Positions 30,858 to 40,479 of a DNA stretch of 64,000 bases are shown piece after piece (the stretch's first letter is position 1; each line of letters starts with the position of its first letter). A model generated the notes under the pieces. That model had not been told where the DNA came from and did no database searches. It worked only from the letters and a program-made list of their open reading frames with translations. The DNA comes from a bacterium (GTDB lineage Bacteria > Patescibacteriota > Microgenomatia > Levybacterales > UBA12049). The stretch spans positions 5,668-69,667 of the forward strand of contig JAJXYH010000004.1 in NCBI GenBank assembly GCA_021780675.1, written 5' to 3'. Position numbers and translations under genes: made by a program.

Positions 30858-31964
30858 ATGAAAGTATCTTTTCTTTCAGATAAACTTCAAGAGAAGCTTG
30901 CCTTTTTAAACCATGCTGTTTCCATAAGAGGACAGCTTCCAATCCTTTCTTGTTTTTTAATAGAAGCAGGTAAAGGAAAACTTCATATAAGCTCAACGGA
31001 CCTAGAAATAGGAATAACTTCAAGCATAGCCGCAAATGTTGAAAAAGAGGGAAAGGTTGCAATACCAGCAAAAAATTTTACAGATCTTTTATCTAATCTG
31101 GAAAATAAAAAAATAACTCTGGTTCAGGAAGGAGAGGTTTTAAATTTGACAGGAGAAAAAGTTAAAGCGTCGTTTCAGATTATGAATAACGAAGAATTCC
31201 CCAAGCTATACGAAGACGAAGGAGAAATGATAGTATCGTTAAAACCTGAAGAAATAATGAAATACTTTCAAAGAGTAGGGTTTGCTGCATCTTCTGTTGA
31301 GACCTCTCGCCCGGCACTATCGGGGGTTCTTTTCGACAAGGAGAAAGAAGGGGTAGTTGTGGTAGCAACGGACAGTTACAGGCTTTCTTTACAGAAAAAC
31401 GTTTTCAAGACAACACAAAGCCTTAAAAAGCCACTTGTAATACCGTCTAGAGTAATTAGAGAATTAATGTCGATAAAAACAGATGGAACAATAAAAGTAC
31501 ATGTTTCCGAAAAGAATAATCAAGTTTTGTTTTTAACTCAGGAAACAGTTTTGGTGGGAAGACTCATAGAAGCGGAATACCCCGAATATCAGAAAATAAT
31601 TCCAAACGAATTTTCAACAAAAACAGAAGTAGGAAGAGAGGATCTTCTTAAAGCAGTTAGAATTGCATCTGTTTTTGCAAGAGAGACAGCAAACATCGTG
31701 AGGTTAATAATTGAAAAGTCAAAAATTACTGTTTCTGCAAATTCACCGTCGGTTGGGGAGGATGCCGTAGAAATTGAAGCTAAAACTACGGGGGAAAACA
31801 ATGAAATTGCATTTAACGCAAAATACCTTTTAGATATACTTTCAATTCTTGACGTAGAAGAAGTTGTATTTGAAATGAATAATCCTTTAAGCTCGGGGGT
31901 TTTTAAAATTAAAGGAGACAACTCCTTTCTACATCTTATAATGCCGATTAGGGTACAGGGGTAG
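30858..31964 (+). CDS. dnaN: DNA polymerase III beta clamp
   Basis: STDLE, RPALSG, ATDSYRL, IAFNAKYL, IMPIR. Confidence 0.97.
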   Translation: MKVSFLSDKLQEKLAFLNHAVSIRGQLPILSCFLIEAGKGKLHISSTDLEIGITSSIAANVEKEGKVAIPAKNFTDLLSNLENKKITLVQEGEVLNLTGEKVKASFQIMNNEEFPKLYEDEGEMIVSLKPEEIMKYFQRVGFAASSVETSRPALSGVLFDKEKEGVVVVATDSYRLSLQKNVFKTTQSLKKPLVIPSRVIRELMSIKTDGTIKVHVSEKNNQVLFLTQETVLVGRLIEAEYPEYQKIIPNEFSTKTEVGREDLLKAVRIASVFARETANIVRLIIEKSKITVSANSPSVGEDAVEIEAKTTGENNEIAFNAKYLLDILSILDVEEVVFEMNNPLSSGVFKIKGDNSFLHLIMPIRVQG

Positions 31965-31965
31965 T

Positions 31966-32361
31966 TTACTGAGTGTTTATGAGTGGAGGGGTTTTATATA
32001 TTGTTATTAAATTATTGAACCAATTTCTAGTTAAACCACCGTTAGAAGTTAAAAATTCCTCAAACTCTTTGTTTCCGGCATCTTTGTTTGATGGATTAAT
32101 ATATAAAGTAAATTCATTTTTTGCATAACTATAATATAGAGAAAAGTTTTTTCCACGATAAGGAAGTTTATTTAAAAGATTACCGGCGCTTACTCCCTTG
32201 TCTTGTTGAGATTGCTGCCCTTTTGTAATTGGGTTATTGTTTACAGGTTTAGCTGTGACGGGAGGCTTAGGACCAGAGTTTAGATACAAAACAATTCCAA
32301 TCAAGCAAATAATTAAAACAACTGACATCGCAAAGAGTGCGTATAAAGCTTTATTACTCAT
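31966..32361 (-). CDS. Membrane-anchored hypothetical protein at the end of the T4SS-like cluster
   Basis: N-terminal TM, KLPY motif. Confidence 0.7.
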   Translation of the reverse strand: MSNKALYALFAMSVVLIICLIGIVLYLNSGPKPPVTAKPVNNNPITKGQQSQQDKGVSAGNLLNKLPYRGKNFSLYYSYAKNEFTLYINPSNKDAGNKEFEEFLTSNGGLTRNWFNNLITIYKTPPLINTQ

Positions 32362-32370
32362 ATTTACATT

Positions 32371-33510
32371 TTACTGTATCGGCCTAACCGGTACAAGCCA
32401 GTACCAACCAGTACCACCTAGGTATGCAGAATACCATTTAAATTCATTAGACAAAGACGTACAGCCATTTGGATCTCTCACGTGTATATCCACACCTCCT
32501 GAGGAATTAATTCTAACATCATCAACAACAAAAGAATGACCTCCATTAATTGGGGGCCAATAAGCACCAGCAAACAATAGATATCCATTGCTCAAATAAC
32601 TTTTAGCTTGTGTGTAATTTATTGATTGAGAACCAGACTTTAGATTTACGTGTGGATCTTCATATCCAAGAGACTTAAACCAGTTATCTTTTTGGGTAGA
32701 AAATGTCCAAAAACTTGTTCCCGTACGACCGCTTCCCGGTAGGTTGGACCACCCGTTTGTGTCAAAATCAGCCGCAATTTCTGCAGGTCCATGCGTGTCG
32801 CAATAGCTACTCATAATCATTGCCAAGCTGGTTGGGCCACAACCGGTACTAGCAATTGTTCCCGAATCAAAACGCCTACTTGAATAACTTTGCCCCCACT
32901 GACAATAAAATTTATTTGTTGGAGAAGCTTTGCAACCCGAACCTGGTGGTGTGGATGAGGACCCCGAACCGGGAGGCAGGCAACAGATTAAACCCTGCCC
33001 ACAAACTAACCCTCCGGTATCTTGTACCATTGGGGGAGTCAAGGTTGTGCAATCAGTGCCGGCAGGCTTACATAAAGAACCTGTAACGGATGAGCATTGT
33101 GTTGATTGGTTATTAGCTGTTGTTGTTGGTTGACCAGTAATAACAGTTATGATTGCAGTAAAAATGATTACCACCAGTATAACTACTACCACAATTAAAA
33201 CAGGAATAATCCAGGCAGGTGCAGAAGAGACAATTACCGTAGCAATTCGTCTTTTAACCTCTTTTTTTACCCTATCTTCCAGTTTGTTTTTTGCAGCACC
33301 ACCGATATTTCTTAACGTTCCTCCTCCTGGAATGTTGCCACCACTCTGTCTTCCAGACGCTTCGTCGTTGGTGTTACCGCTCCCTATATTTCCCGTAAGA
33401 TTTCTGGACAACCTATTAATTTTAACACCCTGTTTTAAAGTGTTTGGTTTATTTACGCCCTGTTTTAAGGTGTTAGGTGTAGGTTTTCCCGAACTACTAC
33501 TGTCTGCCAT
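32371..33510 (-). CDS. Membrane-anchored peptidase C39-like protein with Cys-rich linker
   Basis: YCQW, GCGPTSLAM, GGHSFVV, VRDP papain-like motifs; 30-bp duplication (PNTLKQGV twice) at about 33425-33478. Confidence 0.75.
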   Translation of the reverse strand: MADSSSSGKPTPNTLKQGVNKPNTLKQGVKINRLSRNLTGNIGSGNTNDEASGRQSGGNIPGGGTLRNIGGAAKNKLEDRVKKEVKRRIATVIVSSAPAWIIPVLIVVVVILVVIIFTAIITVITGQPTTTANNQSTQCSSVTGSLCKPAGTDCTTLTPPMVQDTGGLVCGQGLICCLPPGSGSSSTPPGSGCKASPTNKFYCQWGQSYSSRRFDSGTIASTGCGPTSLAMIMSSYCDTHGPAEIAADFDTNGWSNLPGSGRTGTSFWTFSTQKDNWFKSLGYEDPHVNLKSGSQSINYTQAKSYLSNGYLLFAGAYWPPINGGHSFVVDDVRINSSGGVDIHVRDPNGCTSLSNEFKWYSAYLGGTGWYWLVPVRPIQ

Positions 33511-33529
33511 AAATTAATAATACCAGATT

Positions 33530-35392
33530 TTAATCATTTACAATGTTTGGATGTGGTGAAGACGCAGGCATTGGGTCCGGAAGCTCAATGGGTTCTTCTT
33601 GCGGATTTTCTTCAACAACATCCTCAACCTCTTGCGGCTTCTTATCCTTATCTTGCGGATTAGTAGAAATCATATCATGTTCAAAAGGCGCTGCAACTAC
33701 TTGCATTGCAACGTGATTTTGCCCTGCGAAAAACAAACCCTCACCAATATTTGCAGACAGGAGTAGTTGCTTTTCTCCAACAGTTAAATAAAAAATATCA
33801 GCAATCATATCAACCTCTGCAGGACTTTGTTTTAAAAGCATTTGGATAGAAGAGTTGGAAAGCACAGCTTTTCCATAGTCGGTTGATAAAAAATCTTCGG
33901 CATCTTGAGTTGCTGTAGTTAATGCAAGATAGTATTTTCTTGCTCTTTTAGCAACACCATACACAAATGAGGCGGAATCTTCATGCTTCATCATATACCA
34001 GGCTTCATCAAGAATTAATAAGCGTTTTTTTAGGGTTTTTCTTACCTTTGTCCAAACAAAATCTAAAATTATATGCATTGCAATTGGTCTTAATTCATCC
34101 TCCAAAGCCTTAATATTAAAAACCGTAAAAGGATTGGTAATATCAAAGTTCGACTGTTGGTTAAAAAGGCCGCTTAGGCTTCCTTTAATAAATCTTTCCA
34201 GGCGTAAAGCAAGGTCTTTAGCCGCGTTATCTTCCATTCCCAAAAGAACTTTATAAAGATCTTCCATTAGTGGTGGGGTTTTCTTTTGTGTTTCAGGGTC
34301 GGTGGTAATTCCTTTTAATCTGTATGTTTCAACGAGTGCCCTATCTAAAATTGCATCATGTTGAGCATCAAGCTCACCAAGGACTATTTTTAAAAGTCCG
34401 TGTAGGGATAAGATTTTTAAACCAAGTTCATTTTCATCTTTTTCATAAAGTCCGGAAAGATCAAATGGGTTGATTTTTATATTTGAGCTTGATGCAAAAG
34501 TTACCTCCTCGCCACCCACAAGCTCTGATAATTTAGAATATTCACCTTCAGGATCTATGATTATGATTTCTGCACCAAACATAAAATTTCTTAATGCCTC
34601 AAGCTTAATTAAATATGATTTTCCCGCCCCCGATTTTCCAAACACAACTTCATTCGCGTTTTCCAAACTGAATCTATCAAAAATGATTAATGAACCGTTT
34701 TGTTGGTTTATCCCATACATGATTCCTTTATCTTGGGCCAAAATGGCTGAGGTAAAAGGAAAGGTTGAAGCAAGCGATGTGGTATCCATATTCCTGGTTA
34801 TAAAAAGCTTATCTTGACCAAGTGGGATGGTAGACTTAAACCCTTCTTCCATTTGAAGGGTTGCGGGTTTTGGAACCATAAGGATTGAGCTTAGTGTGGT
34901 TGTAAGTTTTTTAGAAGCTTCGTTTAAGTCCTCCAATTTTTCGGAAAAAAGCGTAATATAAAGACTAAATTGGAAAAATCTTTCCATGCCTTTAGCAAGT
35001 TCTTCTTGAACCGCAAGAGCATCTTCTAAAGAGGCGGAAACCTTTGGGTCTACCTGAAGACCTTCTTCTTCCTGAGAATAGATAGTCGCCTCCATTTCGG
35101 TAATTTTTCTTCTAAGATCTGATAAAACATCTGCAGAAGAAGTTGGATATAAGAACATAGAGACATTCATTGAATGATCAAAATTAATTAATGGCTCGAG
35201 CCAGTTTGCGGAAACAAACCTCGGATACCCAACAACAAACAAAGTTTTGTAATATTTTTCTCCTACGCGAATATGGTTAAAGTCTACTTCAACAGAAGGA
35301 GGCGCGATAACATCAGGAATAGAAACCAAATCTCGCTTGATATCTGGTTGTGCATCGTCGTTTTTTACAGTATTTTTTTTGCCGAAAGTCAT
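33530..35392 (-). CDS. VirB4/TraC-like secretion ATPase
   Basis: GKSGAGKS Walker A, IIDPEGEY, ILDEAW, RARKY, TQ. Confidence 0.92.
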   Translation of the reverse strand: MTFGKKNTVKNDDAQPDIKRDLVSIPDVIAPPSVEVDFNHIRVGEKYYKTLFVVGYPRFVSANWLEPLINFDHSMNVSMFLYPTSSADVLSDLRRKITEMEATIYSQEEEGLQVDPKVSASLEDALAVQEELAKGMERFFQFSLYITLFSEKLEDLNEASKKLTTTLSSILMVPKPATLQMEEGFKSTIPLGQDKLFITRNMDTTSLASTFPFTSAILAQDKGIMYGINQQNGSLIIFDRFSLENANEVVFGKSGAGKSYLIKLEALRNFMFGAEIIIIDPEGEYSKLSELVGGEEVTFASSSNIKINPFDLSGLYEKDENELGLKILSLHGLLKIVLGELDAQHDAILDRALVETYRLKGITTDPETQKKTPPLMEDLYKVLLGMEDNAAKDLALRLERFIKGSLSGLFNQQSNFDITNPFTVFNIKALEDELRPIAMHIILDFVWTKVRKTLKKRLLILDEAWYMMKHEDSASFVYGVAKRARKYYLALTTATQDAEDFLSTDYGKAVLSNSSIQMLLKQSPAEVDMIADIFYLTVGEKQLLLSANIGEGLFFAGQNHVAMQVVAAPFEHDMISTNPQDKDKKPQEVEDVVEENPQEEPIELPDPMPASSPHPNIVND

Positions 35393-36051
35393 TTTTCCAA
35401 TACCTCCTGCTCTGATGGCTTAACTAAATTTTCCGCCTGCTCAAAGTTAATATTGGCATCGTTAAATATTTCATAAAAAAGTTTTACTAATTTTTCCTTT
35501 CCCAGTATTTCAGCTCTTAAATTAACTCTTCCTATTTGGTTTAATAATCCTTCTGCTTTTGAGTGTAGGGCAGATTTTGCGCCAACCGCAAATAAATTTT
35601 GCTCAGAATTGACTCCCATTTGTTGAGAAACTCCACCGATACCGCTTTCCAAAGAAGAATAATAAATCACAATATAGAATTTTTTGTCAAGAATGGTATT
35701 AACCTTCACAAGTTCGGAGATAAAATCTTTATACATTGAGATATATTTTGAGAATAATGGATTTTTTGATTGTTGTGCCTCGTCTGCTAAGAGCTTTATA
35801 TACGATGAAATATTTACCCTTTTACTTCTTATGATTATTTGTACAGGGTAGGATATTGAATTCAAAAGCGCAGCATAAGCATAAATTTTAGCATCCTGTT
35901 CGTCAGGTGAAAGAAGTGCAAAGTTCGTGGCACTTATTTCAAGGACAATACATGCATAACCACCATTTAAAATTACCACATCATCAACAATATCCTGGAT
36001 TTCGGTAAATTTTTGGGTTGAGTTAGATAATTTTTGGGCAGAGCCTTTCAT
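35389..36051 (-). CDS. VirB4-associated (TraC N-terminal-like) protein
   Basis: STQ.F.EI, NFALLS.DEQDA, LNS..YPVQI; typical position between PrgI and VirB4. Confidence 0.75.
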   Translation of the reverse strand: MKGSAQKLSNSTQKFTEIQDIVDDVVILNGGYACIVLEISATNFALLSPDEQDAKIYAYAALLNSISYPVQIIIRSKRVNISSYIKLLADEAQQSKNPLFSKYISMYKDFISELVKVNTILDKKFYIVIYYSSLESGIGGVSQQMGVNSEQNLFAVGAKSALHSKAEGLLNQIGRVNLRAEILGKEKLVKLFYEIFNDANINFEQAENLVKPSEQEVLEK

Positions 36052-37337
36052 TAATTAAAAAGAGACCTCCTTAATTCTTCTCTTGTATCTATTGATATAA
36101 TTTCAAGCGGCATAATTATTTCACCGGACGCTTTAAATCCTACCGTTTCAAACTTATTTTGTCCTCTTGGATCTTCAAATTCTATACTATAGTCACCGTC
36201 TGTAAGAGCAGTTGCAGAAGCAAATTGTCCCAAAGCGTTTGTTTTAAATGCCCTGACGGCATTTCCCTGTAAATCTTTTACCTCAACCAATATATTTGGT
36301 AGGGGGTTTCCTCTTGGATCTTTAACGATACCAGAAATAACATTTGGAAATTCAGGGGCAGCAACTAAACCAACACTTTTGGTTAAGTTTTGCGGAATAC
36401 TTCTCACTAATTTTGCTTCCTGTGGTTGTAGTTGTGCAATTTGTGGTATAGCAATATTTTGATTTTGCGAAGTCATTTGCTTTTGAATTTGTACTAATTT
36501 ATCTTCAAGTTGTTGTTTTTGAAGCTGCATATCGCTTAAGCTTTGCTGAAGTTCTAAAACTTTTTGATGGGCTTCTAAAAATTGTTTTTCATCTTGCTGC
36601 GAAACTGTTTGTAATGGCGCAGGTTGCGGCGGAGCGGGTAGTGGAGTAGTGGCTGTATCCGGTTTAGGCTTTAACTGCTGTGAGACGTCTTGAATTATTT
36701 CCGGAGTTTTTATTGTGGTGTCTATGGTATTTATAGCTGCTGCTGGTTTAACAGGGCTTGTAATATTGGGTAAAGTTGCCAGCTGTTCCACCGCTTCAGG
36801 TTGCGGAGCTTGATTTGAGTATGCGTGCTGCGGAATATAGCTCGGTAGGTTAACAGGCGTTCCACTTTTTTGATAATGATCAACATTTTGTAAAAACACC
36901 ATTTCTTTTTGGTCAAGCTTGCTGGCTGATTTGGGAAGTGTTTTCAAAAAACTTTGAAGCTGCTGATCGGACATATCAGAAATAGTTTGACGTTTTTTTG
37001 CAAAGTCACTAATTTTTTTTACCTCTTGTTCTTGTAACCCCTCCGAACCCTGTTGATAAATATATTGAGTAGGCTTAGTTAGGGCTTTTATTAAATGCGT
37101 TATCATTACATCAAGCGGCCTTCCGTCTATTGGTAAAAATGCCAAAGAGGCTCCCATAGCGGCAGAAAGAACAGCAAGGGGTATTTTAAGTAGAAAAAAA
37201 AGCGGAGAAATGTAAAAAACCCAAGCAACTATAAATCCCGCAGTAAGGTAGCCGAATTGTTTTATGGTCATACTCCCAATTAGTTTAAACTGGAATCCCG
37301 TAATGTCTTGTGGTATCGGATGGTTTTCGATGTCCAT
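36051..37337 (-). CDS. PrgI family protein with coiled coil and C-terminal beta-sandwich
   Basis: HPIPQDITGFQFKLIGSMTIKQF...AFLPIDGRPLD; start taken at MDIEN. Confidence 0.85.
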   Translation of the reverse strand: MDIENHPIPQDITGFQFKLIGSMTIKQFGYLTAGFIVAWVFYISPLFFLLKIPLAVLSAAMGASLAFLPIDGRPLDVMITHLIKALTKPTQYIYQQGSEGLQEQEVKKISDFAKKRQTISDMSDQQLQSFLKTLPKSASKLDQKEMVFLQNVDHYQKSGTPVNLPSYIPQHAYSNQAPQPEAVEQLATLPNITSPVKPAAAINTIDTTIKTPEIIQDVSQQLKPKPDTATTPLPAPPQPAPLQTVSQQDEKQFLEAHQKVLELQQSLSDMQLQKQQLEDKLVQIQKQMTSQNQNIAIPQIAQLQPQEAKLVRSIPQNLTKSVGLVAAPEFPNVISGIVKDPRGNPLPNILVEVKDLQGNAVRAFKTNALGQFASATALTDGDYSIEFEDPRGQNKFETVGFKASGEIIMPLEIISIDTREELRRSLFN

Positions 37338-37431
37338 ATAAAAAAGCATATAACGTGAAAAATCTGGTTTCAAGAGAATCAAAGTGGGTCAAAAGTCTTT
37401 GAAAGTATATCTAAATTTCCGTGAAAAATTC

Positions 37432-37752
37432 TTATCCGCAAGTTCTGAATGAGAATTCAAATGAAGTGGTGTCAATACACCCAACCCCTGTTACACTTCC
37501 TATAAATTTAATGATGAAAAATGACAGCATTACTAAAACTAACCCTAACACGGCAAAGGCAATTGTTTTTCTGGCTTGGTCAAGTTTCTTGGGATCACCC
37601 CCCGAAACTAAAAACCGTATTCCACCTATGATAATAACAATTACGGCAATAGATCCGGACAGTAAAATTCCCCAGTAAATAAAATTTAATATTATTATTG
37701 GTATACAACTAATTGTTGCAACCCCATTAGAACTACACGTTCTCCAGTCCAT
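37432..37752 (-). CDS. TrbC/VirB2-like pilin
   Basis: GGIRFLVSGGD.KKLDQARKTI.FAVLGL. Confidence 0.85.
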   Translation of the reverse strand: MDWRTCSSNGVATISCIPIIILNFIYWGILLSGSIAVIVIIIGGIRFLVSGGDPKKLDQARKTIAFAVLGLVLVMLSFFIIKFIGSVTGVGCIDTTSFEFSFRTCG

Positions 37753-37803
37753 GATTTAAGCTTAAAAGAAATAAAAACAAATTGCAAGTAGGTTTAGTTA
37801 TGT

Positions 37804-38202
37804 TTAGAAAGCTGTGGAGCCATTAATGTTTGGAATGACGACATTAGACAATGTATTAAGTCCAAAGAACTGGAGTATTAAGTTCAAAACCAAGTATGAA
37901 AGGAATATGATTACCAAACCAACGATTGCTGCAACAATATGTTCTCTAGCCGAAGCAACAGCTTGTTTGTCTCCGCCGGATGTTAACCATTTAAATCCTC
38001 CCCAAACAAGATAGAGAAGTGCAACTAAAATTGCTACTGCAAAAATTAAAGCAATCACAGTACCAACGATTGAACCGATATTATTGGAGCTTAAAGCACA
38101 AAGATGATTATATGGTCCTGCACATGCATCAACAGCAAAAGCAGGAACTGTAACTGTAAGAAATACTGCTGCGGGGGTAACCAGTGCGATTGCTTTTTTC
38201 AT
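37804..38202 (-). CDS. TrbC/VirB2-like pilin with signal peptide
   Basis: AFA cleavage site; GGFKWLTSGGDK..V.SAR..I.AAIVGL. Confidence 0.85.
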   Translation of the reverse strand: MKKAIALVTPAAVFLTVTVPAFAVDACAGPYNHLCALSSNNIGSIVGTVIALIFAVAILVALLYLVWGGFKWLTSGGDKQAVASAREHIVAAIVGLVIIFLSYLVLNLILQFFGLNTLSNVVIPNINGSTAF

Positions 38203-38271
38203 GTATATATTTATACTAATAAAGTTTTGATTTGTTTGTCAAGTACCAATTTAGCTTCAATTTAACATTAA

Positions 38272-39003
38272 TTAAAGAGTCGGTACGTTAAAAAACTGTA
38301 AGATAAGATTTACAATCAAAGCAGCAAGAAATACTATAATCAAACCAACGATTGCAAAAATAACTTTTTGTCTGGCAGAGGTTAAAGTCTGTTTGTTTCC
38401 ACCGGACATTAACCAGTCAAATCCTCCCCAGACCAGGTAAAAAAGCGCAAGAAGAATTGCAATTACAAACAAAATGTTTATTCCGAAGGCAAGAGCAGTA
38501 TTGTATTTTACAATAGGTACTCCGCCCGGCTGTCGCGCTTTAAAGAAATTTGCCAAAGTATCTAAAGCAACTGCGGGATTAACTTCGCCCCAATTCCCCC
38601 AACTGTTACCGGTTTGAGTACCATTATTATTTGAAATACATCCTGCAGAATGATCACATTTGTCTCCGGTTGAGCAGGTTAATGTTATTATATTGCAGGT
38701 TGTTCCTTGTGGGGCACCACTGCTTGGAAAGCAATTCTGAGTGGTTCCTTCCCAGTTGCAGTTTTGTGGACAGGTTTTACAATTCCCGCCAGAAGCAACA
38801 CAACAAACTCCCAATCCACCCTGACCACCTAATGAACAGACCCTAGTACTATCAACATATTGATTCGCTTGGCCACAAGTTGTTACACCGTTTGCTACGC
38901 AATCCAGGCATCCTGGAGGAAGGAGCGCTCCTTGGGCAACAGGGGTTTTAATCACGAAAATAAATAATAATAAAAAACTAAAAAAATAAAATAATTTTTT
39001 CAT
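38272..39003 (-). CDS. Pilin with Cys-rich N-terminal domain
   Basis: Signal peptide, Cys/Gly-rich region, GGFDWLMSGGNK...ARQKVIFAIVGL. Confidence 0.8.
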   Translation of the reverse strand: MKKLFYFFSFLLLFIFVIKTPVAQGALLPPGCLDCVANGVTTCGQANQYVDSTRVCSLGGQGGLGVCCVASGGNCKTCPQNCNWEGTTQNCFPSSGAPQGTTCNIITLTCSTGDKCDHSAGCISNNNGTQTGNSWGNWGEVNPAVALDTLANFFKARQPGGVPIVKYNTALAFGINILFVIAILLALFYLVWGGFDWLMSGGNKQTLTSARQKVIFAIVGLIIVFLAALIVNLILQFFNVPTL

Positions 39004-39005
39004 AA

Positions 39006-40436
39006 TTATTGATTAAAAATATTTAATATATCAACTCCAATGAAATTCATAAGGGTAAATGTAAAAATTATTAGAACCAGTCCTACAATTGCTGCAGTTA
39101 ATTGCTCCTGCGCATCTTTAGTTTTTTCGGGGTTTCCTTGTGAAACTATTAATTTATAAGCGGAGTAAATTATTAAAAGTGTTGCGATTCCGCCTGCAAT
39201 AGATAAAATAATTGAAAAGATTTTTGAAACTAACCCCTGAGAATCAGTGCTAAAATTACCAAATGCTGTTGGGCAAGTTGTTATATATTTCCCGTTCACA
39301 AGGGTTGTCGTGCAGGGAAGTTGACCGTTGGTAAATCCAGAACCAAGCCCCCCTCCACAACCAACCCCTTCAACGCACTGACTGGAGCTACAGCTTTGGT
39401 AAGTTGGAGAAGTAGTCAAAGCGGGTATATCTGGATGACTTTGTCTAGTACATTTTTGATTTTCCTGATTGGCAAGACTATTAAAAGTATAACCGCTAGG
39501 GCAGACAGCACAGTCTGTTCCTCCTCCTCTGCAGTGTGTTGCAGTACAGTCTGAAGCGCTGGTATAAGCCCCTGTCCCCGTACCTGTATGCACTACGCAT
39601 CCATATTGTGTGCAGTCATACCCGCCGCGGTTTGCATCAGCAGACCAAGTGCAACAGGTTTGAGTTGCGGCGCTTTGGCTTTTGCAGTAGGCGTTTCCAC
39701 TTGAGGTTATAATTCCCCCTGCTTGATGGCAGACGTTATTATTAGCTACACACTCTCCATCTCCTCCAGCGGGTGCAAAAGACTGGCAGGTTGGCGGTTC
39801 ACACTTGTTGGTTTTTAAATTACAGGTGTAACCTGTGTTTGCCCCACTACAGCTTCCATCAGCATTAGCGCTACAGGAGACTGTTAAATTGCAGTTCTTA
39901 TTGTAAACTAATCCACAATTTTTTGTGCCGCAAATTGCTGCTTGAGTGCAGCTTGGTGAAACGCATTTGCCGCTTCCCTGGTCCCATGAATAACCAGAAC
40001 TGCAAAGGCATTCTAAAATCGGTACCGCACCCGATTGGTTTGAATCTATACAGTTTAAACCAAGATTTGGTTTACATTGATACGTTCCATCGCAAGATTG
40101 ACCATAAGTTTTGTAATATGTGCAAACTCCAGTAGTTTTATTGGTATAAGCGAGAATAGAATTGCACGTACACATGCCATTTGGAGTGTAATATGTGGTG
40201 CAAGTTTGTTTACCTGTTGTGGGGTCGGTGACACATGTTTCATGTGAAGTATCTGTAGGGTTACTACAATACGTTGGGTAGCAACAAATACCAGGTGTTG
40301 CACCGCACGGCGCATTGGTGTTGGGCGTGCAATCTACCGCGGCAGCTGCCCAGGCATTATTTTTTAAAGGGGCTAAAGTAAAAAATAATATAAATAATAA
40401 AATTGCAGGAAACAAAAACTTAAGCAAACGCTTCAT
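39006..40436 (-). CDS. Large pilin with long Cys-rich extracellular domain
   Basis: Dozens of Cys; C-terminal SQGNPEK.KDAQEQLTAAIVGL. Confidence 0.8.
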   Translation of the reverse strand: MKRLLKFLFPAILLFILFFTLAPLKNNAWAAAAVDCTPNTNAPCGATPGICCYPTYCSNPTDTSHETCVTDPTTGKQTCTTYYTPNGMCTCNSILAYTNKTTGVCTYYKTYGQSCDGTYQCKPNLGLNCIDSNQSGAVPILECLCSSGYSWDQGSGKCVSPSCTQAAICGTKNCGLVYNKNCNLTVSCSANADGSCSGANTGYTCNLKTNKCEPPTCQSFAPAGGDGECVANNNVCHQAGGIITSSGNAYCKSQSAATQTCCTWSADANRGGYDCTQYGCVVHTGTGTGAYTSASDCTATHCRGGGTDCAVCPSGYTFNSLANQENQKCTRQSHPDIPALTTSPTYQSCSSSQCVEGVGCGGGLGSGFTNGQLPCTTTLVNGKYITTCPTAFGNFSTDSQGLVSKIFSIILSIAGGIATLLIIYSAYKLIVSQGNPEKTKDAQEQLTAAIVGLVLIIFTFTLMNFIGVDILNIFNQ

Positions 40437-40479
40437 AAAATTATAGTAGAACAAAACTTAAATAAAATGCAAGTATAGT

